From positions 384,001-448,000 of the forward strand of contig CAWGLD010000004.1 of the NCBI GenBank assembly GCA_963823335.1: a stretch of 64,000 bases of DNA, in the 5' to 3' direction. The stretch comes from an uncultured delta proteobacterium (GTDB lineage Bacteria > Desulfobacterota > Desulfobacteria > Desulfobacterales > B30-G6). The notes under the pieces are model-generated. The model saw nothing but the letters and a program-made list of their open reading frames with translations. It was not told where the DNA came from and did no database searches. Positions 19,055-29,602 of this stretch are shown in pieces. The position numbers and the translations under genes were made by a program. The stretch's first letter is position 1, and every line of letters starts with the position of its first letter.

Positions 19055-20197
19055 ATGGACATATTAAACTATACCGACGCACACAAGAAATTCCGGGAGC
19101 GACTGAGGTCATTCATGGCCGAGGAAGTGACACCAAACGTCGACCAATGGGAAAAGGACGGTATCGAGCCCAAGAGCATCTGGCGCAAAATGGGACAAAA
19201 TGGTTTTCTGTGCACGGATGTTCCCCAGGAATATAAGGGTATGGGTGGCGATTTTCTCTATTCCGTCATCGTTACGGAAGAGCTCTCCCACACATTTCAT
19301 ACCGGTCTGGCGGCTGTACTCCACTCCGATATCGTGGTGCCGTACATCTGTGCGTTCGGGTCGGAACCCCTCAAGCAGAAGTATCTCCCCGGCTGCGTTT
19401 CAGGCGATATCATCACCGCCATCGCCATGACGGAACCCGGTGCCGGCAGTGATCTTGCGAGCATCGCCACCACCGCCGAAGAGGAAGGTGACGAGGTCAT
19501 TATCAACGGCTCCAAAACATTTATCTCCAACGGTATCAACGGGGAGCTTTTTATTATCGCGGCCAGAGATCCAGCGATGGAAAATCCATACCAGGCCATA
19601 TCCCTGTATCTTGTTGAAGATGGAACACCGGGCTTTGAAAGGGGTCGTCATCTTGAAAAGATGGGCTGGTGGAGCCAGGATACAGCGGAGCTCTTTTTCT
19701 CCAAGTGCAGGATCCCCGCGACCAACCGTCTGGGAGAAAAGGGTATGGGATTTCTCATGCTCATGCAGAAACTGCAGCAGGAACGTCTCATGTGCGCACT
19801 GGGAGCACTCGTTGCCGCGGAACGGATGGTCGAGTGGATTACCAACTACTGCAAGCAGACAAAGGTATTTGGCAAACCCCTCTCAAAATCCCAGGTAACC
19901 CAGTTTGCCCTGGTAGAGATGGCCACAGATATCAAACTGGGACGGGCATTTACAGAAAAGCTGGTTGCGGATCACATGGAACGCAAAGACATCATCGTCG
20001 AAACATCCATGGCCAAATTCTGGACCACCGAAATGGCCAACCGGATAGCGGACCGCAGTATCGACCTTTGCGGGGATTTCGGTGCCCTTGAAAAATGCCC
20101 CATGGCCCGGGCCTGGCGCGACATTCGTGTAACAAGAATTTTCGCCGGCACCAACGAGGTCATGCGGGGGATAGCGGCCAAGTTTATGGGGCTGTAG
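19055..20197 (+). CDS. Acyl-CoA dehydrogenase (long-chain-like)
   Basis: AIAMTEPGAGSDL, INGSKTFISNG, RIFAGTNEVM. Confidence 0.95.
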   Translation: MDILNYTDAHKKFRERLRSFMAEEVTPNVDQWEKDGIEPKSIWRKMGQNGFLCTDVPQEYKGMGGDFLYSVIVTEELSHTFHTGLAAVLHSDIVVPYICAFGSEPLKQKYLPGCVSGDIITAIAMTEPGAGSDLASIATTAEEEGDEVIINGSKTFISNGINGELFIIAARDPAMENPYQAISLYLVEDGTPGFERGRHLEKMGWWSQDTAELFFSKCRIPATNRLGEKGMGFLMLMQKLQQERLMCALGALVAAERMVEWITNYCKQTKVFGKPLSKSQVTQFALVEMATDIKLGRAFTEKLVADHMERKDIIVETSMAKFWTTEMANRIADRSIDLCGDFGALEKCPMARAWRDIRVTRIFAGTNEVMRGIAAKFMGL

Positions 20198-20230
20198 CAG
20201 AGGTGTGGAGGGTTGGAGGGAAACAACCAG

Positions 20231-20395
20231 GTCATTAGCAGAGTGAATGACGCTGCGCTGTCTTTCACTCTGCGTCATTAGTTGCCATTTACTTCGTGTC
20301 ATTCATTGTGGCTGTCAGCTACCGGCTACAATGAATGACGCGCGAAGCGCAAATGTCGTCCGATAGGAAAAATGACGCACATCGTGCAAATGACA
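20231..20395. repeat. AATGAC + mini-hairpin modular array, locus 2
   Basis: AATGAC-GCGCGAAGCGC, AATGTC-GTCCGATAGGA, AATGAC-GCACATCGTGC. Confidence 0.85.
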
Positions 20396-20466
20396 TGGGT
20401 ATCGAAGATTAAAGTCACCTTAATTTAGATAAAAATTCCTAACATGCCTCAGTAAGGGGGTAAAGT

Positions 20467-21975
20467 ATGAACAAATACGATGCCATCGTCATCGGGGCAG
20501 GCAATGGTGGATTGACTGCATCCACCGCGCTGGCCCAGAAGGGACTGAACGTCCTGTTGCTGGAACGGCACAATATCCCGGGCGGATGTGCCACAAGTTT
20601 TTGCCGGGGCCGCTTCGAATTCGAGATTGCCCTGCACCAGCTCAGCGGCCTGGGGACAACTGAAATACCGGGTCCTTTGCGAATGGACCTGGACAGCCTG
20701 GGTGTCATGCAGGATCTGGAATTTGTGGAAATTAGCGATCTATACAGCGTCCAGAATCCTGATGGTTTCCATATCGCTTTAAAGCCGGACAAAGAGCAGA
20801 TCCTTGATGAGCTCAAGAATGCGTTCCCTCACGAAAAGGAAGCCATCGAGGCCTTTTTTGCCCTGGTTTATAAATATGCCGGCGATATGATCGGCGCATT
20901 CATTTTCCGGGACCCTGAAGCCTCGCGTGAGAAATACCCCAACCTCTATACCTATGCTTTTAAAACCGCCCAATCCGTAATTGACGACTTTTTTACGGAC
21001 CCGCTCCTGAAAGCGGTTCTTTCTGTCTATTGGGGCTATTTGGGTGTGTCCACAGATCAGATGGCTTTTGCATACCTTGCCATGCTGCTCTTTCAGTATA
21101 TCGAATTCAAACCGTTTCATATTAAAGGTGGAAGTCAGGCCCTCTCCAACACGATATTAAACAAATTTCTATCCCACGGCGGCTCCGTTAGATTCAATTG
21201 TGGTGCCAGTCGGATCCTTACAGAGGGAGATACCGTCCAGGGAGTTGTCACCGACCGGGGTGATGTTGTGGAATCTGACTATATTGTCTCCAATGCCTCA
21301 CCCATGGTAACGTACGGCCAGTTGATCGGTGAAGAACAGATACCGGAAAATACCATCAGAGAAGTCAAAAGCCGCCAATTGAGCACTTCCGCTTTTACCA
21401 TGTTTGTGGGTTTCGACTGTGAACCAGACGAGATCGGCATCCATGAGTCTACCAACTTTCTGCTGGTGAACACGGATATGAGCATCCGCAATCATGACCG
21501 CATGCAAAGACTGGATATCGACGATGAACTCATGGTGCTCAGCTGCTATGATGTATCTGATCCGGAATTCTCTCCCGAGGGCACATGTCAGGCGAACATT
21601 GTCACCCTGAAATACGGGGAACCCTGGTTGAGACTGCCACCGCAACAATATATAGATACCAAATACCGTTGTGCAGAAAAGATGCTTCAGCGCGTTCAGG
21701 CCATATATCCAGACATTCGCGTACATATCGAAGAAATCGAAGTGGGCACCCCCCTGACCCACATGCGTTATCTGGGACATCCCCTGGGCGCCATTTATGG
21801 CTTTGAACAGCGGACCAAGGATTCTCTATTCTTTCAACCAGGACGATTTACGCCCATAAAAGGCCTTTATTTTGCTGGCTGTTGGACTGGTGACGGCGGG
21901 TTTGAACCCACACTGCGTTCCGGTATAGCCGCTGCCAGATCCATCACCAAGCAAATTGAAAATAAAATCGTTTAA
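20467..21975 (+). CDS. Phytoene dehydrogenase/retinol saturase-like FAD oxidoreductase (COG1233)
   Basis: YDAIVIGAGNGGL...LLERHNIPGGC, KGGSQALS, GTPLT...GAIYG, GLYFAGCWT. Confidence 0.88.
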   Translation: MNKYDAIVIGAGNGGLTASTALAQKGLNVLLLERHNIPGGCATSFCRGRFEFEIALHQLSGLGTTEIPGPLRMDLDSLGVMQDLEFVEISDLYSVQNPDGFHIALKPDKEQILDELKNAFPHEKEAIEAFFALVYKYAGDMIGAFIFRDPEASREKYPNLYTYAFKTAQSVIDDFFTDPLLKAVLSVYWGYLGVSTDQMAFAYLAMLLFQYIEFKPFHIKGGSQALSNTILNKFLSHGGSVRFNCGASRILTEGDTVQGVVTDRGDVVESDYIVSNASPMVTYGQLIGEEQIPENTIREVKSRQLSTSAFTMFVGFDCEPDEIGIHESTNFLLVNTDMSIRNHDRMQRLDIDDELMVLSCYDVSDPEFSPEGTCQANIVTLKYGEPWLRLPPQQYIDTKYRCAEKMLQRVQAIYPDIRVHIEEIEVGTPLTHMRYLGHPLGAIYGFEQRTKDSLFFQPGRFTPIKGLYFAGCWTGDGGFEPTLRSGIAAARSITKQIENKIV

Positions 21976-22037
21976 CACCTTTGCTGAGTCCTTTAAGTGT
22001 AAAACTGACGTATGCCTTTTTTAAAAAATATAAAACC

Positions 22038-22181
22038 CACGAAACACGAAATTTGAAAAACACGAAATTTTTAAGACCCTTGCAGCAGGCTGCGGGGAAT
22101 CTCCGACCGTAAGAAATTCATTCTATTTTGGATTTTCGGTTCATGGTCTTTTTCGTGTTTTCGACCTTTCGTGATTTCGTG
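22038..22181. repeat. Inverted CACGAAA/TTTCGTG arms enclosing a fragment of the CCCCGCAGCA family
   Basis: 3x CACGAAA on the left, 3-4x TTTCGTG on the right; central CCCTTGCAGCAGGCTGCGGGGAATCTCCGACCGTAAG. Confidence 0.75.
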
Positions 22182-22225
22182 ATAAAAGATCCTTTCCGGT
22201 ATATCCGGTTTGCGAGGAGGTAATC

Positions 22226-23383
22226 ATGAAAAAGGGTATCTGGGAAGACTTCGACGGATATGACAGTATCAACGAAGAGATCAAGGCGAGCCGCTTAACC
22301 GCAAACAAACGTTCCTTTGCGTTGGATTTTGCCGACCAGTATATCAAACGACTTCATCCTGAACACCTGATGCTCAAGGTTGCCGATATTATCCAGGAAA
22401 CACCTACCACAAAAACGTTTCGGCTGGTTTCTGACGGCCACGATTTGCCGCCTTTTCAGGCAGGACAGTATCTGTCGCTCTTCATTGAAGTCCGAGGCAT
22501 TCGTACGAGTCGTCCCTACTCCATATCATCGCAACCCAATCAGATCGGTTACTATGATATCACGGTAAAACAGGTGCCGAATGGATTGGTGTCCACTTTT
22601 CTGCTCGATCACGTCAGTATTGGCGACAGCCTGACGGTTTCGGGACCACAGGGGAATTTTTACTTCAACCCACTGGTGCACGATCAAAACATGATCTGTA
22701 TTGCGGGCGGAAGCGGTATTACGCCCTTCATGAGCATGATCCGTGAAATTGTAGACCGCAACCTGCCACGCACGCTAACCCTTTTTTACGGGAATCGACA
22801 GGCAGACGACGTTATCTTTCATGAACAATTGACCCGTATTTCGGATCGCTTTGACAGCATTGACTACATCCCGGTCATCGAAAATGCATCCGAAGATTAC
22901 CAGGGCCAATGCGGTCTCATAACTGCCGACCTAATCAAAAAAAAGGCCGGTGCGTCGGAAGCTACAACCTTCTTCCTGTGCGGCCCCCAGGGAATGTACG
23001 ATTTCTGTCTGCCCCAGATCGACCAGTTGGGCGTACCGCGCCGAAAAATAAGAAAAGAGTTGTATGGCCCCCCCCTCCATATCTGCAAAGACCCTGGATG
23101 GCCAGAAGAGATCGAACAGGATCGCCTTTTTTCCGTGTCGGTTAAAGATGGCCAAACAATCAGCGCACCGGCAGCCACCCCCCTCCTGGTTTCACTCGAA
23201 AAAGCAGGGGTTGTGCCCCCTTCCATCTGTCGATCGGGTGAATGCAGTATGTGCCGCATCAAAATCCTGTCCGGTAAGGTTTTCCAGCCTGCCGGCACAC
23301 CTGTTAGAAAATCGGATCGACAATACGGGTATGTCCATTCATGTGTTTCGTACCCTCTGGAGGATTTGGAAATACTTTTATGA
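22226..23383 (+). CDS. FNR-type FAD/NAD(P)H oxidoreductase with C-terminal 2Fe-2S ferredoxin (PaaE/Hcr-like)
   Basis: RPYSISS, AGGSGITP, LCGP, CRSGECSMC...C. Confidence 0.92.
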   Translation: MKKGIWEDFDGYDSINEEIKASRLTANKRSFALDFADQYIKRLHPEHLMLKVADIIQETPTTKTFRLVSDGHDLPPFQAGQYLSLFIEVRGIRTSRPYSISSQPNQIGYYDITVKQVPNGLVSTFLLDHVSIGDSLTVSGPQGNFYFNPLVHDQNMICIAGGSGITPFMSMIREIVDRNLPRTLTLFYGNRQADDVIFHEQLTRISDRFDSIDYIPVIENASEDYQGQCGLITADLIKKKAGASEATTFFLCGPQGMYDFCLPQIDQLGVPRRKIRKELYGPPLHICKDPGWPEEIEQDRLFSVSVKDGQTISAPAATPLLVSLEKAGVVPPSICRSGECSMCRIKILSGKVFQPAGTPVRKSDRQYGYVHSCVSYPLEDLEILL

Positions 23384-23384
23384 T

Positions 23385-23576
23385 AGGGTTCAAGGGCCCG
23401 AGGGTGATACAAGGGTTCGAGGGTAGCTAACAGCTATATACGGACAGCAGCAGCACATCTTCCAAGCAGCATAGCGTCCCAGCATACAAGGATTCGATGG
23501 GCCAAGGGAAACATCTGGAAGCAAGGGCTTATCGATCTGAAAACAATCACTTGAACCCTTGGATCCTCGAACCCTT
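23385..23576. repeat. G-rich/C-rich octamer inverted arms
   Basis: AGGGTTCAAGGGCCCGAGGG...AGGGTTCGAGGG / CTTGAACCCTTGGATCCTCGAACCCT; the first 33 nt nearly match 47057-47089. Confidence 0.75.
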
Positions 23577-23617
23577 ACAGAACAACCGATCTTGACTACC
23601 CAAATTGGAGGTAATAT

Positions 23618-24421
23618 ATGCCCGAACTCCTGGCAGAAAAAAATGGTCCTATTTACACCCTCACCTTGAACCGCCCTGAAAAACGGAACGCCCTGCCCTT
23701 TGAAATGCTCAGGGATATCTGTCTGAAAATTGAAGAGCAGATCATCGATCCCGAGATAAGGGGTATTATTATCAAGGGCAACGGAAAAGTTTTTTCGGCA
23801 GGTGTGGACTTCAATTCGCTGGGTATGCTTGCCGGTCGTTTCATGGGGGATCACGCTGCCGGGGGAGCGCCCATCCGAGCCGATATTCACAAATTTCAAC
23901 AATATCTGAATCGAATCGAATCTATCGAAATCCCGGTTCTTTGTGCCATGCACGGGGGTGTTTTCGGTATGGCCCTGGAACTGGCACTGGCCTGCGATTT
24001 GCGCCTGATGAGCGACGATTGCGTCTGGGGATTGCCGGAACATCAGTTTGGCCTCATCGCGGACCTTGGTGGAACATCCCGTCTGCACCGGACCATCGGC
24101 GCTTCCCGGGCCATGGAGGTCCTCATGACAGGTAGACGATATCCAGCGGCAAAAGCCCTTGAATGGGGACTCATAAGCTATCTTTACCCTGAAGATATCC
24201 TGGTGGCAGAAGCTGAAAAGCTGATATTGGACATTTCAAAAATGGCTCCCATGGCCGTCGGCGCAACCAAAAAAATCATCAAACGGGGCGAAGGCGTGGA
24301 CCTCATGACCCAGTTGGATATGGAGGTGAGTTACCAGAGCATCCTGCTGAGAAGTGAAGATTTTCAGGAAGGCATCACTGCTTTGATGGAAAAACGGGAG
24401 CCGGTATGGAAGCGGAAATAG
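23618..24421 (+). CDS. Enoyl-CoA hydratase/isomerase (crotonase)
   Basis: LTLNRPEKRNAL, FSAGVD, ELALACDLR, LPE. Confidence 0.93.
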   Translation: MPELLAEKNGPIYTLTLNRPEKRNALPFEMLRDICLKIEEQIIDPEIRGIIIKGNGKVFSAGVDFNSLGMLAGRFMGDHAAGGAPIRADIHKFQQYLNRIESIEIPVLCAMHGGVFGMALELALACDLRLMSDDCVWGLPEHQFGLIADLGGTSRLHRTIGASRAMEVLMTGRRYPAAKALEWGLISYLYPEDILVAEAEKLILDISKMAPMAVGATKKIIKRGEGVDLMTQLDMEVSYQSILLRSEDFQEGITALMEKREPVWKRK

Positions 24422-24473
24422 CATCGCTGCACCATGCTGTTTGACGCAGCTTTGTCACTACAGCAAAAGATAC

Positions 24474-24619
24474 TAGAAGCTATCTCAAAAAAGTTTTTTA
24501 GCCCAATTTCTGTGTTGGTCCCTTGCTTCAACTCCTCGGAATACTTGAGTATGCCTGCGGGTTGAAGTTCGGGCCCGCCTTGAACTTGAGCCAAAACCCT
24601 TTTTTTGAGATGGCTTCTA
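24474..24619. mobile_element. 146-bp MITE (ERIC-like interior)
   Basis: TIR TAGAAGCTATCTCAAAAAA / TTTTTTGAGATGGCTTCTA (18/19); partial copy at 40995-41086; solo end near 51102-51119. Confidence 0.8.
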
Positions 24620-24813
24620 AAGCTATCTCATAAATTCGTTTTGAACCAACACCGGTTGTTCTCCGTGACCCGACGAGTTTTATGGCCGCAATAAAACCAA
24701 ACATTTTTTTGACAACCAGGATAATTTCGCTTTACATTCGGTGAAAACGACTTATTTTTTTCTGATTAAATCCCAGCGTCTAAATTAAAGGGTCACACAT
24801 CCAAGGACAGGCA

Positions 24814-25146
24814 ATGAAATACACAGTTCCGGAAGAATACCAGGCACAATTTAATACCTTGATCCGGTCGGTACCCGTGGAGCTTCAGAAAGACGACGAG
24901 TTCAAAGAAACCGTGCTGGTCTATCTAAAAATGGGCGGCATCAGCCTGGCTCGTCACTATGCCGAGACAACCGCCAGGTATCTGCATGTCGATGTCCTCG
25001 AACTCGGTACAGGTCTCCGTTTTCCAAAAGTTGTCGAAGTCAAACAGGATGACGAGAATGACGATGACGATGACGAGAATGACGATGACGACGACGATGA
25101 CGAGAATGACGATGACGACGAGGCAGAAGATGAGATTCCTAAGTAA
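24814..25146 (+). CDS. Small hypothetical protein with Asp-rich repeat tail
   Basis: AAGGA RBS; upstream TTGACA-N18-TACATT (24709-24738); tail of three DDEND-poly-D repeats. Confidence 0.7.
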   Translation: MKYTVPEEYQAQFNTLIRSVPVELQKDDEFKETVLVYLKMGGISLARHYAETTARYLHVDVLELGTGLRFPKVVEVKQDDENDDDDDENDDDDDDDENDDDDEAEDEIPK

Positions 25147-25221
25147 ATCATGTGGGTGATCTTATTCGGTGCTACCTGAAAAACAGGATTCTGATCGTGT
25201 CAAAAGACATTTTTGAGTTGA

Positions 25222-28212
25222 CTAAATTTTTTGAAGACGTAGTTGCCTGTCAGATATCCTCTGGTTGACCTGCCTCAGGCGATCGTCACTGGATATCACT
25301 GCCACACCGTATTGCCCGCTTTCCGCCCCGAAATACCGCCGTGCCGTTTCCAGGATATCCTTTTTTTTCAACACCAGGAGTCTCTTTTTGAACCGGCGCC
25401 GGTCTTCATCCTTCATGGAAACAATTTTCCTGTAAAACGCTTTCTTGGCTGCAGGACCGGGAGGATCGGGTTTATCGATATCTGAACAGACCTGCAGGAT
25501 GGCTTCCTTGATGTCCTCGTCCCCATACTTGCCGGATGTAATAAATGCGGATGCCCGTCCATACACATCCAGTGTCTCCAGAATATGGGGATCCCTGTAG
25601 GAGGCGAAGCTGAAAAGACCATTCTCGATGTTATAGAGCGCAAAGCCACCGTATGCCCCCCCTTTCTCGCGAATTTCCCTGTGCAGAAACAGTGATCGGA
25701 GTATTTTACTGATGACGGACAACCTGGGCGCGTCTTCGTGATCCATTCGAACGGTTTTAAGGGCTTTGGCAACAAAGGAAACAGACGTGGATGTACTCCA
25801 TCCCTCCCTGGGTATCTCATCCGGCACCGTCAAAGGCGGCGGTTCGAAACCGGAAAATTTTTCAGTATCATCCCCAACATGGGGTGTAAGAGATCGAAAA
25901 TCAAGAATCGGGATACCCTGTTCCAGGGAGTCTGCTTCCCCCACCAGGGCCGTCCTGAAATTCTCCCGGATAACCAATCGTTTGCGGATATCCATCATGT
26001 CACCGGCAATGATTTCCAGGTCTTCAGGAGCGAGGGCTTCCGTTATGTCCTTCATGTATTTGAGCTGATGAACACCACTCCAGATTTCACTGATATACGC
26101 TGCGGTTGAAAAAAATCTGGAAGCCAGTGATATGGCATATCGATGGCCACTGTGCAGAATCGTCGATTCCAGTCCAGCCCGGTATTCCAGCAAAAGACTT
26201 TTCAGGCGTGCAGGATCTGTAAATGAAACCTCGAAAAGAATCTCTTGGATAAGTTCAAACATCCTGTCCAAGTTTCGGTTCAGGCATTTCCCATTGACGG
26301 TGACAAACGGCATGCACCTGCCGGCATCGTCAAATCGCGTCCGCGCGTTCGATGTGAGGTTGATACCACCGGTATAGGTATCGATGCGCTGAACGATTTC
26401 TGTAAAGTCATGTCTTCGTGTTCCCAGTCTTGGCAATGCATAGCAGAAAAAAGGGACCAGGGGCAGTTGGGTGGCAGCGAGATCTGCGATTCCCATGGCA
26501 GTGGTGGTATAAAAAATGCCCGATGTGGGCTGGTTGTAGCAGGTGGCAGTGGTTGTCCCAGAACACCTGGACGCTGGGGTGGTGTGTATGTCGGCCGGAA
26601 TATCTTCAAGGTCCAATGTGGGTAAAACAGAGATATCCTCGGTCGTCTCCTGCAAAAGCGCCAGGGCTTTGGCATCTTCCCGGATCTTTTCCAAGGCCGC
26701 TTCATCCAGGGTGTTCTTGATCTGATCGAGTTCCGACCGAACCCGTTCTGTTTCCTTTGCTTCCATGCTGTCGTCTGGGGACAGCACAATCAGCGCCCGG
26801 TGGGGATTGTCCAACAAATGGCGTTTTATCTGCTCTTCAAAATATCCGTTTTCGGCGACTTCTTTACGAATCTTATCGAGGTCTTTGTCGAATTTCAAAA
26901 CACTTTCGGAACTGCCGCCGTGAAGCCAGTTACCCACAAAAGACAGGAGCAGCTTGATGCCGTATGGATACGGGGCGTTGGTGATCTCTCGGCGGTGAAA
27001 TTCAACTTGATGGATAGCTGCGTCGACAAGATGGCTGTCGATTCCTTTGTCTACCAGGTTCTGTAATACCGTCAATACAATACCCTCGATTTTTTCAGCA
27101 TCCGACTCGGCCACATCCTTTAGACCGCAAGCAAACAGCGTGTCGCGGTTGTCTGCATCAAATCCGGTACCATCCGAAAGGGCCGTTCCCAATGCCGAGT
27201 CCATCAGGGCTTTCCTCAAAGGTGAGGCGGAATTGCCCAGCAAAATCTGCTCCAGCAACTTGAGGACCAGTATTTGAAAAGCGTCCTGAATATCACAGGT
27301 CAGCCAGGTGACACACACCTGAGATTTTTTCGCTGCGTCCGCAGCAGCATCCAGGGGATACCGATATCCAGCACGTTTGGGTCCTGTCCATCGGGGCTGT
27401 GGTATAACCTCCGTGTCTGGATCTATACGCTCATGGTGCTGTAATACCTTGTCATGAATAATGCGGATATGCTCCACCAGCGGCAAATCACCATAGGTAT
27501 AAAAAAAAGAGTTGCTGGGATGATAGTGTCGCTGATGAAATCGCTTCAAGCATTCGTGTGTAAGCGTTGGTATCACCGCAGGGTCACCACCGGAGTTATA
27601 ACTGTAGGTCGTTTCAGGATACATGGCGTTGAGCATGGATCTCACCATGACTTGGTCCGGTGATGACATGGCGCCTTTCATTTCATTGTAGACAACACCT
27701 TTGTAAACCAACTTCGATTCTTTTTCAGGGATATCTTCGATTTCGAGCCGGTGTCCCTCCTGCCTGAAGCTGAGCCTGTCGATGTTGGGATAAAATGATG
27801 CATCCAGATAGACATCCATCAGATTGTAGAAATCTTTTCTATTCTGGGTGCAAAATGGATACATGGTCCAGTCCGAAGCGGTGAATGCATTCATAAATGT
27901 ATTCAAGCTGCGCTTCAACATGGAGAAAAAAGGATCGCGGACAGGAAATTTCCTGGAACCGCAGAGCACGGTGTGTTCAAGAATATGCGCCACGCCTGTT
28001 GAATCCGCCGGGACTGTCTTGAATGCCACGCTGAAAGTGTTTTCCCTGTCATCATTCCCGATATGAATGTGTCTGGCACCCGTAGGCAGATGTTCCATGT
28101 CAATCAGAACGGAATTGATCATTCCCAGTTCTGTTATCATCCTGATCTGGTAACCCAGCTTCCGGCAGGTCTCTTTGAATTTCGAATGTTGATACTGATC
28201 TATATCCGGCAT
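25222..28212 (-). CDS. Insulinase-family M16C metallopeptidase (presequence protease-like)
   Basis: STGVAHILEHTVLCGS, FMNAFT, GVVYNEMKG, IREKGGAYG. Confidence 0.95.
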   Translation of the reverse strand: MPDIDQYQHSKFKETCRKLGYQIRMITELGMINSVLIDMEHLPTGARHIHIGNDDRENTFSVAFKTVPADSTGVAHILEHTVLCGSRKFPVRDPFFSMLKRSLNTFMNAFTASDWTMYPFCTQNRKDFYNLMDVYLDASFYPNIDRLSFRQEGHRLEIEDIPEKESKLVYKGVVYNEMKGAMSSPDQVMVRSMLNAMYPETTYSYNSGGDPAVIPTLTHECLKRFHQRHYHPSNSFFYTYGDLPLVEHIRIIHDKVLQHHERIDPDTEVIPQPRWTGPKRAGYRYPLDAAADAAKKSQVCVTWLTCDIQDAFQILVLKLLEQILLGNSASPLRKALMDSALGTALSDGTGFDADNRDTLFACGLKDVAESDAEKIEGIVLTVLQNLVDKGIDSHLVDAAIHQVEFHRREITNAPYPYGIKLLLSFVGNWLHGGSSESVLKFDKDLDKIRKEVAENGYFEEQIKRHLLDNPHRALIVLSPDDSMEAKETERVRSELDQIKNTLDEAALEKIREDAKALALLQETTEDISVLPTLDLEDIPADIHTTPASRCSGTTTATCYNQPTSGIFYTTTAMGIADLAATQLPLVPFFCYALPRLGTRRHDFTEIVQRIDTYTGGINLTSNARTRFDDAGRCMPFVTVNGKCLNRNLDRMFELIQEILFEVSFTDPARLKSLLLEYRAGLESTILHSGHRYAISLASRFFSTAAYISEIWSGVHQLKYMKDITEALAPEDLEIIAGDMMDIRKRLVIRENFRTALVGEADSLEQGIPILDFRSLTPHVGDDTEKFSGFEPPPLTVPDEIPREGWSTSTSVSFVAKALKTVRMDHEDAPRLSVISKILRSLFLHREIREKGGAYGGFALYNIENGLFSFASYRDPHILETLDVYGRASAFITSGKYGDEDIKEAILQVCSDIDKPDPPGPAAKKAFYRKIVSMKDEDRRRFKKRLLVLKKKDILETARRYFGAESGQYGVAVISSDDRLRQVNQRISDRQLRLQKI

Positions 28213-28295
28213 GGCGGCATCCCCTGGTCAATCATTGGCGGCAGCCCCAAAAAGCTGCCAATATCGAGTTACATGCAATATCATGAAACATTGGG

Positions 28296-28682
28296 TCAAT
28301 CAGACGTGTAGATGCCCCGGCTGAGTCTTTTGATCCGCCCTAGGCTGTACAGCCGAAAGAGGATATTTCGCAGCTTTTTATCCTCGAATTCCGTTTTGAG
28401 TTTGATTTCCGATATTTTTAATCCCTTTTTGGATTGCTTGATGACGCCATACACGATGTCGGAGGCCGTGAGCGTATTCTTGTCTTTTTTTGCTACGCTG
28501 ACACCGGTTTTACCTGGACCTTGTCTTGGGGGTTTTCTCTGGGTGGTTCGAATCAATTTTTCGAGACGATCAAGGCGGGTGTGAAGTTTTTCGACATCCT
28601 TTTTGGTCGGGATGTCATATTGATGGATGAAAAATTTGACCATTGTATCGAATGAAACGGCTTTATGTTTACCTTTTACCAT
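28296..28682 (-). CDS. Small basic protein: coiled-coil N-terminus + winged-helix C-terminus
   Basis: AAGGAGG RBS; DIPTKKDVEKLHTRLDRLEK; GLKISEIK...LRNILFRL...IKRLSRGIY. Confidence 0.7.
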   Translation of the reverse strand: MVKGKHKAVSFDTMVKFFIHQYDIPTKKDVEKLHTRLDRLEKLIRTTQRKPPRQGPGKTGVSVAKKDKNTLTASDIVYGVIKQSKKGLKISEIKLKTEFEDKKLRNILFRLYSLGRIKRLSRGIYTSD

Positions 28683-28929
28683 TGAAACCTCCTTGTGTAC
28701 GGGCTCTACTTTGGTGATGCTGTATGCAATTGGCAGCAAGCAGTAAACCACTGAACGATATGTCTTGCGTCATCCTCTCTTTACTAGCTGAAAGAGAACA
28801 TAGAAGCAATAGCGTACACTCTAATGATTTATGGTATGAAAGTCAAGTCGGGCCGATTTCGTTTGCTGCCCGCATGCTTTCGTGCTAATTGAGGAGGCGC
28901 ATTTGGGATTATCTATAACCGGAAAAGAA

Positions 28930-29415
28930 ATGGCGGCAATAAAAATATCTCTAAAGAACCGACTGAAGGCCTTCTTTGTCCGGATCAAAGAACTGCAGGG
29001 GGACCCCCGGTATGTCGCCACGGGAATGGCCATCGGCGTTTTCGTAGGGGTTACACCGACGATTCCCTTCCATACGATTATCGCCATAGCACTGGCGTTT
29101 ATATTGAGGGGCAGCAAGCCTGCCGCGGCCATCGGTGTCTGGTTCGCCAATCCCATAACGATCCCTTTTTTTTACATCGGCAGCTTTAAGATAGGTAAGC
29201 TCATATTGAACAAGCCCATACCTTTTGGCGTCGAATTCGAGCCCATAACAGCGTTAATGACCTTGGGTCTGGATGTAACCATCGCAATGATCCTTGGAGG
29301 GGCTATTCTGGGTATTCTGCCGACTATCATCGCTTACAGCCTGACCTACCGCATTATGACCAGGGTGCGGGAAAAGTCCAGAAATAAAAGACAGGGTTCG
29401 AGGGGCCAAGGGTGA
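28930..29415 (+). CDS. DUF2062 family membrane protein
   Basis: PRYVATGMAIGVFVGVTP...WFANPITIP. Confidence 0.8.
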   Translation: MAAIKISLKNRLKAFFVRIKELQGDPRYVATGMAIGVFVGVTPTIPFHTIIAIALAFILRGSKPAAAIGVWFANPITIPFFYIGSFKIGKLILNKPIPFGVEFEPITALMTLGLDVTIAMILGGAILGILPTIIAYSLTYRIMTRVREKSRNKRQGSRGQG

Positions 29416-29602
29416 AAGGACAGGGTCGGAGGGGCTGAGGTTTGGAGGGTAAACGATAAGCCTCATAATCCTTAAGAGATAGACAACTTCCCTGCCTTCG
29501 CAATTTAAAATTGAACGAATAGAGCCAATGAACTCAAAAATCATAATAATCACAATGGCCATGTGCCCCCTCGAACCCTGGAACCCTTGGACCCTTGGAC
29601 CC
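29393..29602. repeat. G-rich/C-rich octamer inverted arms
   Basis: AGGGTTCGAGGGGCCAAGGG... / CCCCTCGAACCCTGGAACCCTTGGACCCTTGGACCCT. Confidence 0.75.

Noticed and set aside
20467-21975. Carotenoid biosynthesis (crtI)
   Set aside because: No crtB or crtE; acyl-CoA catabolic context
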